Origin: Candidatus Methylomirabilota bacterium | GTDB lineage: Bacteria; Methylomirabilota; Methylomirabilia; Rokubacteriales; CSP1-6 | NCBI GenBank assembly: GCA_046726415.1 | Contig: JBKPAK010000223.1 | Span: forward strand, 1-18,058 | DNA length: 18,058 nt | Direction: 5' to 3' | In this document: in pieces, positions 8,374 to 14,855 of the stretch | How the letters are laid out: each line of letters starts with the position of its first letter | How positions within the stretch are numbered: position 1 is the stretch's first letter | Made by a program: the position numbers and the translations under genes | Notes under the pieces: generated by a model | Databases searched by the model: none | Seen by the model: the letters and a program-made list of their open reading frames with translations, nothing else | What the model was told of the DNA's origin: nothing

Positions 8374-9282
8374 GTGCGCGTCTCTGTCCGCGTTCCGGCA
8401 ACGTCGGCAAACCTCGGTCCCGGCTTCGATGCCCTGGGTCTGGCCCTGGCGCTCTACAACGACGTCGTGGCCACTGCCGCGGACCGCGTGACCGTCCGGA
8501 TCGAAGGGGAGGCCGCAGGGCGGCTTCCGACCGATGAGCGCAACGTCGTGGTGCGGGGCGTGCGACTGGCCTTCGATGAAGCAGGACGGTTCTTCACAGG
8601 GTGCGCGCTCACCTGCGTCAACCGCATTCCGACGGCGCGGGGACTCGGCTCGAGCGCGGCCGCCTGGGTAGGCGGTCTCATGGCCGGGAACGCCCTCCTG
8701 GGGTCGCCGCTCACTCGCGAGGTTCTCCTGAAGCTCGCCGCTCGGGCGGAAGGGCATCCCGACAACGTGGCCGCCGCCCTGTTGGGCGGTCTCACCGTGT
8801 CGTACGGCACCGCCGATGGCGCGCTTGCCATGACGCTTCCCGTGCCCAGCGAGCTTCGGTGGGTGATCCTCGTACCCGAGATCTCGAGCACCACGGCCGA
8901 GGCGCGGGCTGTCCTCCCGGCCTCGGTTCCGCGCGCCGATGCCGTGTTCAACGTCCAGCGGGTGGCCCTGCTGCTGTCCGCACTCCTGGCCGGGCGGCTG
9001 GAAACGCTGAGCGCAGGCATGGACGATCGGCTGCACCAGCCGTACCGCGAGCGGCTATTCCCGTGGATGCCGCGGGTGGCTGCCGCCGCCCGCACCGCGG
9101 GCGCGCTCGGATGTGTCTTGAGCGGGGCCGGGCCGTCGTTGCTCGCGGTGGTCACCCAGGACGCCGACACCGTCGCGCGCGCCATGGAGGCCGCCCTCGC
9201 GGAAGCCGGTGTCAGGGGCTCCGCCCGGGTGCTGAGCGTGGACGTGGCGGGCGCGACCTGCCGCGCCGATGAGCCGCGATGA
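8374..9282 (+). CDS. thrB: Homoserine kinase (GHMP family)
   Basis: Motifs VPATSANLGPGFDALG, IPTARGLGSSAAA, EGHPDNVAAA, DRLHQPYR and LSGAGPS. Confidence 0.95.
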   Translation: MRVSVRVPATSANLGPGFDALGLALALYNDVVATAADRVTVRIEGEAAGRLPTDERNVVVRGVRLAFDEAGRFFTGCALTCVNRIPTARGLGSSAAAWVGGLMAGNALLGSPLTREVLLKLAARAEGHPDNVAAALLGGLTVSYGTADGALAMTLPVPSELRWVILVPEISSTTAEARAVLPASVPRADAVFNVQRVALLLSALLAGRLETLSAGMDDRLHQPYRERLFPWMPRVAAAARTAGALGCVLSGAGPSLLAVVTQDADTVARAMEAALAEAGVRGSARVLSVDVAGATCRADEPR

Positions 9283-10475
9283 CGCCGCCTGTCTCGCCGA
9301 AGGCCCCTCAGGGCGCGCCCTCTGATCGGAAGATCCCTCAGGGCGTGCTCTCTGATCGCGAGCTGGAGATCGCCATCGCGGCCGGATGGATTAGGCCGAG
9401 CCAGCCGATCGAGGATGTTCAAATTCAGCCGGCCAGCCTTGATCTCCGGCTGGGAGCGACTGCCTACCAGCTTCGAGCGAGCTTCTTGCCCTGTGGGAAG
9501 CCCGTTCAGTCTCGGCTTCACCAGCCCGACTATTTGCGCGGAGAACTCGTCAACGACGAGATTCCCCTCCTCCCGGGCGCGACCCTGCAGCCGCACTCGG
9601 TTTACCTCGTGCCCCTCGTGGAATCGCTGGAGCTTCCGCGCTCACTCCGCGGGCGATGCAATCCCAAGAGCACCACCGGGCGCCTCGACATCTTCACGCG
9701 GCTCATCACGGATGGAAGCGAGCGGTTTGACGAGATCCGCGCTGGGTATCGAGGGCCGCTGTACCTTGAGATCGCACCCCAGTCCTTTCCCGTCCGGCTT
9801 CAGGCCGGGGTGTCGCTGAATCAACTCCGACTCCTCAAGGGATCACCATCGGTGTCTGACACCGCGCTGGAACGGCTGTATCGCACCACGCCACTCCTCT
9901 ACTACGACGATGACGACCGCCCGGTGCCTTTCCGCGACGTGACCCTGCGCGATGGACTCGGCATGAGCATCGACCTCTCCGGCCGGCTCACCGATGGCCT
10001 CATAGGCTATCGCGCGCATCCGAACCCACCAGTAGTGGATCTCAGCAAGATCAATGACTACGATCCCGATGACTTCTGGGAGCCAATCAAGCGCCCCAAG
10101 GGCGAGTCCTTCATCCTGGAGGCCAACCGGTTCCACATTCTCGTGTCGAGGGAACGGATCCGGGTTCCCCCCGAATACGCGGCCGAGATGGTGGTCTACG
10201 ACGCCGGCGCCGGGGAAATCCGCACGCATTACGCGGGCTTCTTCGATCCCGGCTTCGGCTTCGGCGACGGTCGTGTGCTGGGCACGAAGGTCGTGATGGA
10301 AGTGAGGGCGAGGGAAGTGCCATTCCTCGTCTACCACGGTCAGACTTTCTTCAAAGTCTGGTTCGAACGGCTGTGCGGCCCGCCCCACCGCGTCTACGGG
10401 GTCGGTCTGGGCTCCTCGTACCAATATCAGGCGCTCACCCTGAGCAAGCAGTTCCGGCGGGGGCGGGGGCGCTGA
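9279..10475 (+). CDS. dcd: dCTP deaminase, long two-domain form
   Basis: Motifs GVLSDRE, IQPASLDLRLG, NPKSTTGRLDIFTR and HYAGFFDPGFG, and C-terminal GSSYQYQALTLSKQF. Overlaps the thrB stop (ATGA). Confidence 0.88.
   Translation: MTPPVSPKAPQGAPSDRKIPQGVLSDRELEIAIAAGWIRPSQPIEDVQIQPASLDLRLGATAYQLRASFLPCGKPVQSRLHQPDYLRGELVNDEIPLLPGATLQPHSVYLVPLVESLELPRSLRGRCNPKSTTGRLDIFTRLITDGSERFDEIRAGYRGPLYLEIAPQSFPVRLQAGVSLNQLRLLKGSPSVSDTALERLYRTTPLLYYDDDDRPVPFRDVTLRDGLGMSIDLSGRLTDGLIGYRAHPNPPVVDLSKINDYDPDDFWEPIKRPKGESFILEANRFHILVSRERIRVPPEYAAEMVVYDAGAGEIRTHYAGFFDPGFGFGDGRVLGTKVVMEVRAREVPFLVYHGQTFFKVWFERLCGPPHRVYGVGLGSSYQYQALTLSKQFRRGRGR
9305..9358 (+). repeat. 30-bp-period imperfect tandem duplication at the 5' end of dcd
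   Basis: CCCTCAGGGCGCGCCCTCTGATCG (9305-9328) versus CCCTCAGGGCGTGCTCTCTGATCG (9335-9358), 22 of 24 identical. Encodes PQGAPSDR and PQGVLSDR. Confidence 0.85.
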
Positions 10476-10491
10476 CACGCCGGCAAAAGCG

Positions 10492-10519
10492 TTGCATGGG
10501 TATGCTCATGCGTTAGAAT
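10492..10519 (+). promoter_or_regulatory. Putative sigma70 promoter of the pup cluster, overlapped by a GCATG-N8-CATGC palindrome
   Basis: TTGCAT (10492-10497)-16 nt-TAGAAT (10514-10519). Palindrome arms at 10494-10498 and 10507-10511. Confidence 0.55.
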
Positions 10520-10568
10520 TACGTCAGGCGACGGGTGTTCCGGACTCGGCACTCGACGGGAGGGTGTG

Positions 10569-10769
10569 ATGGCTGAACAGAAGCGGAAAGAGACGCGGCC
10601 GACCAAGCCTTCGGACAACGGCGACGGCGCGGCAGCTAACCCCGAGGTCGCCAAGAAGGGCAAGAAGATCAAGGAGGACATCGACAAGCTCCTCGACGAG
10701 ATCGACGACATTCTCGAGGAGAACGCCGAGGAGTTCGTGAAGAGCTACGTGCAGCGCGGGGGCGAGTAG
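10569..10769 (+). CDS. pup: Prokaryotic ubiquitin-like protein Pup (C-terminal GGE)
   Basis: 66 aa with a disordered, charged N-terminus, then DIDKLLDEIDDILEENAEEFVKSYVQRGGE. This closely matches the conserved Pup C-terminal half (LLDEIDDVLEENAEDFVRAYVQKGG[Q/E]). RBS GGAGG at 10559-10563. Confidence 0.92.
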   Translation: MAEQKRKETRPTKPSDNGDGAAANPEVAKKGKKIKEDIDKLLDEIDDILEENAEEFVKSYVQRGGE

Positions 10770-10772
10770 GAG

Positions 10773-10985
10773 ATGCCGATCTACGAATACCGCTGCCGTC
10801 ACTGCACTCAGGACTTCGAAAAGTACGTTCACTCGGCGGCCACCGCGGTGGCCTGCCCGGCGTGCGCCAGCAGCAATGTGAGCCGCAAGCTCTCCGTGTT
10901 TGGCCTCCGGAGCGACGGCCGTCCTGTCGCGTCTGCCATGCCGGCCGGCGGTGGATGCTGCGGTGGAGGATGCTCCTGCCACTGA
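10773..10985 (+). CDS. FmdB-family zinc ribbon protein with a Cys/Gly-rich C-terminal tail
   Basis: MPIYEYRCRHC...FE...CPACAS...RKLSVF pattern and tail GGGCCGGGCSCH. Its RBS (AGGAG) overlaps the pup stop codon. Confidence 0.9.
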   Translation: MPIYEYRCRHCTQDFEKYVHSAATAVACPACASSNVSRKLSVFGLRSDGRPVASAMPAGGGCCGGGCSCH

Positions 10986-10997
10986 TCGGTGCGCTCC

Positions 10998-11018
10998 TCG
11001 AACCCCGACCGGGTTCGA
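10998..11018 (+). other. Perfect 8-bp stem-loop between the zinc-ribbon and LysR genes
   Basis: TCGAACCC-CGACC-GGGTTCGA, with no U-tract. Confidence 0.5.
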
Positions 11019-11062
11019 CGCGGCCCGTCGCCTGAGCCCCCGCGTTCCCATCGGTCGGCCAG

Positions 11063-11968
11063 ATGGACCTCCGGCGGCTCGAGATCTTCGCCAAGGTCGC
11101 CGAGCTGGGGAGTTTTTCGCGCGCGGCCGAGTCCCTCTTTCTGACGCAACCCACGGTGTCCGAGCACATCCGGTCGCTGGAGGAAGAGCTGGGAGTCCAG
11201 CTCCTGGATCGACTCGGCCGCGGCACCACGCCGACGCGAGCGGGCCAGCTGCTCTTGGGATACGCCAAGCGCATGTTGGCGCTGGGGCGCGAGGCTCGAC
11301 AAGCCATGGACCAGTTCCAGGGGAGGATGCTGGGCGAGCTGGTGATCGGAGGCAGCACGATCCCCGGCGAGTACGTGCTTCCGGCCCTGGTCGGGCGGTT
11401 CAAGCGCAAGTATCCCGAGGTCTCGATCTGCCTGCTGATCGGCTCAAGCCAGCAGGTGAGCAGCTGGCTCGAGGAAGGACGAGTGGAGGTCGGAGTCGTC
11501 GGGGCACGCCCCACTGGACGCGCGCTGGAGTCGGCCCGGCTCATGGCCGACGAGTTGGTGGTCGTGGTGAACGCCGATCATCCGTGGGCGGCCCACGAGA
11601 CCATCACCCTCGAGGAGCTGAGGGCAGAGCCAATGATCGTCCGCGAGCGAGGGTCCGGCTCGCGAGACGCCCTGGAGCGCGCCCTGGCCAAGGTTGGGCT
11701 AGACCTTGGCGCCTTCCGGGTGGTGGGTGAGATGGGATCGACCCAGGCGGTCAAGCAGGGCGTACGGGCCGGCGTCGGAATTGCGCTGATGTCCGATCGG
11801 GCCGTGGTCGATGAGTGCCGCACGAGGCTCGTGGCGTGTGTGCGGCTTGAGGGGCTGACCATCTCGCGCGATTTCTACCTCGTGACGCATCGAGAGCGAA
11901 GCCGGTCGCCGCTGGCCGTGGCCTTCCTGGAGTTCATCGAATCGGACGTGGTGGATCGGCCATCGTAA
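11063..11968 (+). CDS. LysR-family transcriptional regulator, CysL-like; selenium-metabolism-associated type by context
   Basis: HTH region GSFSRAAESLFLTQPTVSEHIRSLEEELG, plus CysL-like GGSTIPGEYVLP, RERGSGSR and GSTQAVKQGV. Lies 7 nt upstream of the corrected selD start. Confidence 0.92.
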   Translation: MDLRRLEIFAKVAELGSFSRAAESLFLTQPTVSEHIRSLEEELGVQLLDRLGRGTTPTRAGQLLLGYAKRMLALGREARQAMDQFQGRMLGELVIGGSTIPGEYVLPALVGRFKRKYPEVSICLLIGSSQQVSSWLEEGRVEVGVVGARPTGRALESARLMADELVVVVNADHPWAAHETITLEELRAEPMIVRERGSGSRDALERALAKVGLDLGAFRVVGEMGSTQAVKQGVRAGVGIALMSDRAVVDECRTRLVACVRLEGLTISRDFYLVTHRERSRSPLAVAFLEFIESDVVDRPS

Positions 11969-11975
11969 CGACACC

Positions 11976-13034
11976 ATGACTGGCAAGCAGATCCGGCTGA
12001 CCTCATACGCCTCGTGCGCCGGCTGAGCGTCGAAGATGGCTCCTGGAGATCTCCAGGAGGTGCTGGCCGCCCTGAAACCGGCTGACCCGAGAGCTCACGG
12101 CGATCTCCTCGTCGGTCTCGCCCAAGCCGATGATGCCGCCGTCTACCGGATCGCGAAGGACATGGCTATCGTCGAGACGGTCGACTTCTTTCCACCGGTG
12201 GTCGACGACCCCTACGCGTGGGGCGCGGTGGCCGCCGTCAATGCCATGTCGGACGTCTACGCCATGGGCGGCGAGGTGCTCTTCGCGCTGGCCGTGGCGG
12301 GCTTTCCCCGGGATATGCCCAAGGCGATCATCGCGGAGGTGTTTCGCGGGGGTGCCGATAAGGTGGCGGAGGCCGGCGGGATCATCGCAGGGGGCCACAC
12401 CGTCGTCGACAACGAGCCCAAGTATGGTCTCTGCGTGACGGGACGCGTGCACCCCGATCGGGTGATGATCAAGGGCGGCCTCCGGCCCGGCGATCGCCTT
12501 TTCTTGTCCAAGCCTCTCGGGACGGGGGTCATTACGACGGCGGCCAAGGGGGATGCCACCGACGAGGCGACGTTGCAAGGGGCGTTGACCTCCATGCTTC
12601 GCCTGAATCGCGGCGCGGCAACCGTGGCTCTCGAGTGCGGCGCCCGCGGGTCGACCGACATCACTGGTTTCGGCCTGCTCGGTCATCTCGCCGAGATGAT
12701 CGAGGCGTCGGGCGCCGGTGTTGCGATCGAGGCGTCACGGCTGCCTCTGCTGCCAGGGGCACAGAGCTTGGCGGCGGCGGGTCGCTTCAGCGGAGGGATG
12801 GGTCGCAACCGCCAGTATCTAGAGACCGCGCTCGGCCAACGCCTGTCCATCCACGTCGATGTGCCCGGCCCTTTGGTCGGAATCCTGTTCGAGGCGGAGA
12901 CTTCGGGAGGGCTCGTCTTCTCCGTCTCGCCGGATCGCGCCTCCGACGTTGCGCGCGGGGCTAAGGAGCTCGGCGAAGAATTCGCCGAGATCGGCGAGGT
13001 CATCCCGGAGCGCTCAATCCGCGTCGTTTACTGA
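11976..13034 (+). CDS. selD: Selenide, water dikinase (selenophosphate synthetase), selenocysteine-containing, 352 aa with Sec at codon 17
   Basis: ATG 11976 reads MTGKQIRLTSYASCAG-TGA-ASKMAPG, in frame with the 12036 ORF. The TGA sits at the catalytic Cys/Sec position of the RLT...GU..K motif. Downstream motifs DDAAVY, TVDFFPPVVDDPY, NAMSDVYAMGG, GGHT, TDITGFGLLGHL and ETSGGL. Confidence 0.96.
12021..12068 (+). promoter_or_regulatory. Bacterial SECIS-like element directly 3' of the selD UGA
   Basis: Upper stem CTCCTGGA-GATC-TCCAGGAG (12040-12059) with a G-first apical loop about 21 nt after the UGA. A lower stem GGCTGAGC (12021-12028) / GCTGGCC (12062-12068) includes the UGA. Confidence 0.75.
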
Positions 13035-13037
13035 TGA

Positions 13038-13634
13038 GGTGGGGCTCGAGGGCACAATCTCGTCGGGCGGCTGCGGGTCGTCCACAACGTCCTCGCGGGA
13101 AACCTCGGACGCTGGTCTGGGATCAAGGCTCTGCTTTCGCTGGCGCATCCCGGCGAGGCGGGCCAGGCCGCGCGGGCCCTCAGCCGCGTGGGTATTGTCG
13201 AGAAGCTGTGGGCGCGGACGGACGAGCTGTCGGGCGGTCAGCAGCAGCGGGTCGCCATCGCGCGGGTCCTGATCCAGGATCGCGAGGTGATTCTGGCCGA
13301 CGAGCCCGTGTCCTCCGTGGATCCCTCGCTGGCCGTAGCCATCGTGAGCCTCCTGCGCGACCTGTCGCACGAGTCGAACAAGACCCTCCTCATGAACCTG
13401 CACAGCGTGGAGCTGGCCCTCCGCTATTTCCCGCGGATCGTCGCGCTGCGTGACGGATCGGTCCTCTTCGATCAGCGCGCCGATGCCGTGACGTCGGAAC
13501 TGCTCCAGTCGCTGTATGCCGGGCACCATACGACGAGCGACAGCTGGCGGCCATGGAGGACCGCCTCCCGGACCTTGGCCACGCCTGCCACCCGCTTCCC
13601 GGCTTCTCCAAGTAAGTCGCAGCCTTCGCGGTGA
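13038..13634 (+). pseudogene. 5'-truncated PhnC-like ABC ATPase (phosphonate/oxyanion transporter family)
   Basis: From 13053: HNLVGRLRVVHNVLAGNLGRWS...LSGGQQQRVAIAR...ILADEPVSSVDP...MNLHSVELAL. The ABC signature, Walker B and H-loop are present. The start codon, Walker A and Q-loop are absent, and an in-frame stop lies at 13035-13037. Confidence 0.85.
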
Positions 13635-14347
13635 CCTTAGTCGCGTCGCTGCGCGTGGCCGACGTCGATCCCCGCCGTCTGGTCGAGGCCGGGCGCTGGG
13701 TAACGTGGCGCGCTTCGCGGCCGGGGCGTGGCCGCCGGACCTGTCGCCCGGGTTCCTGGGGCTCATGCTGCGGCCGGCGCTGGAGACGATCCAGATTTCC
13801 GTGATGGGAACCGCCATCGCCGTCGCCATCGGCCTTCCTCTGGGACTGCTTGCCACGTCGTCGCTGGTCTGGCGCGGGATCCGGCACGAGCGCACGTCGG
13901 CGGGGCGAGGGGCGGTGGCCGGGTTCGTTCCCTACGCGCTGGCTCGCGCGGTGCTCTCAGTGTTCCGCTCGATTCCGGAGTACGTGTGGGCCTTCATGTT
14001 CGTGCGCGCGGTCGGGTTGGGAGCGTTTCCCGGCGTCCTCGCCCTCGGGGTCGCCTGTGGCGGGATGCTGGGGAAGGTCTATTCGGAGATTCTCGAGGGC
14101 GTCAATCCGCGCCCCCTGGAAGCGCTCCACGCGGGCGGTGCTTCGAAGCTCGGCATTGTGCTCTACGGTCTGATTCCTCAAGCGTGGCCCACCCTGGTTC
14201 GTGGGGGCGGGCGGGCTGGGTCAGCGGATCCATGTGGCCATCAGCCTCTTCCACGAGCACCAGCTGCTCACGCTGATCCTGGCGATCTACGCCATGGTGA
14301 CCCTGGTCGACGCCCTCAGCGCCTACCTGCGGTCGCGGCTGGTCTGA
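13616..14347 (+). pseudogene. Frameshifted, internally deleted PhnE-like ABC permease
   Basis: Three pieces in different frames: VAAFAVTLVASLRVADVDPRRLVEAG (13616-13693); ALGNVARF..WPPDLS..ALETIQIS..RSIPEYVWA..GMLGKVYSEILE..IPQAWPTL (13693-14196); and FVGAGGLGQRI...LVDALSAYLRSRLV* (14198-14347). The conserved segment normally between the last two pieces is missing. Confidence 0.85.
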
Positions 14348-14601
14348 GCGCTCCGACTGCGAAGGACGGCGAGCAATCGCTGCCGCAGCTCGACGGGAAC
14401 GGGCGGGGGAACGGATAGTCGGCGGACGGCCTTCACCGTGGTTCGGAACGTATTCAGGAACGCGACGCACGGAGCGCAGCCGTCGATGTGCCAGTCAATC
14501 AGCTCCTTTGTGGCGTGCGGCAGGCGTCCCTCCACGTAGTCCGTCAGGAGTTCGGCAATCTGCCGACACTCGATGTCTGGCGGTTCCGGGTGCTCGCTCA
14601 T
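14323..14601 (-). CDS. Small zf-HC2 (ZAS, zinc-binding anti-sigma-like) protein, 92 aa
   Basis: From ATG 14601: ...IECRQIAELLTDYVEGRL...HIDGCAPC... with the C-x25-HxxxCxxC motif. No TM segment. Confidence 0.85.
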   Translation of the reverse strand: MSEHPEPPDIECRQIAELLTDYVEGRLPHATKELIDWHIDGCAPCVAFLNTFRTTVKAVRRLSVPPPVPVELRQRLLAVLRSRSAQTSRDRR

Positions 14602-14734
14602 GGCCACCACTATATCCGGATGCTTCGAAGGGGGCCCAAGATTCTCCGGGGCGTTGGACCGACGCCGGTGAGGCCCGGAAATGCGGCCCTCCGCCGGAAG
14701 CTTGGTCTGGCCGGCGGGTCGCAGTCCCACACCT

Positions 14735-14788
14735 CGATCCGGCATGAGCCTTTCGTGAGCGATCCGGCATGAGCCTTTCATGAGCCTT
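14735..14788 (+). repeat. 25-bp tandem duplication built from 11-bp CATGAGCCTTT-like units, abutting the moxR -35 element
   Basis: CGATCCGGCATGAGCCTTTCGTGAGC (14735-14760) and CGATCCGGCATGAGCCTTTCATGAGC (14760-14785). TGAGC cores start at 14745, 14756, 14770 and 14781. Confidence 0.85.
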
Positions 14789-14791
14789 ACG

Positions 14792-14820
14792 TTGACGGAG
14801 TGTCGACCCAGTTTGATAAT
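14792..14820 (+). promoter_or_regulatory. Putative sigma70 promoter of the moxR operon
   Basis: TTGACG (14792-14797)-17 nt-GATAAT (14815-14820). RBS AAGGAG at 14845-14850. Confidence 0.65.
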
Positions 14821-14855
14821 GGCCCAACGGTCGCACGCTCTCAAAAGGAGATGGC

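Noticed and set aside
10473-10568. The dcd TGA stop is in frame with pup with no intervening stop, suggesting a readthrough fusion
   Set aside because: Thirty stop-free codons are unremarkable at this GC content. The interval contains a promoter and RBS, and no Cys/Sec motif surrounds the TGA.
10569-10769. Alternative call as UBact or as a ThiS/MoaD-type sulfur or selenium carrier
   Set aside because: The sequence has the Pup-specific LLDEIDD.LEENAE.FV..YVQ.GGE block. It lacks the UBact R[T/S]G[E/Q] end and has no beta-grasp pattern or free terminal GG.
10983-11018. Zinc-ribbon stop is TGA after CSCH and is followed by a hairpin at SECIS-like distance, suggesting a second selenoprotein
   Set aside because: Readthrough gives a low-complexity Ser/Arg/Pro tail overlapping lysR out of frame, and a Gly/Cys tail is a normal end for FmdB-family proteins. 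Alignment of homologs would settle it.
11009-11028. GGGTTCGA resembling a tRNA T-loop (possible selC near selD)
   Set aside because: No acceptor, D or anticodon arms can be built around it. It is one arm of a simple 8-bp hairpin.
13032-13052. selD ends TGA-TGA in frame with the PhnC fragment, suggesting Sec readthrough into a fusion protein
   Set aside because: SelD is complete at this point, the ATPase fragment lacks Walker A, and no convincing SECIS follows. A deletion junction is the simpler explanation.
14735-14788. Possible mini CRISPR array
   Set aside because: Only two abutting copies with no spacers, and no cas genes nearby.
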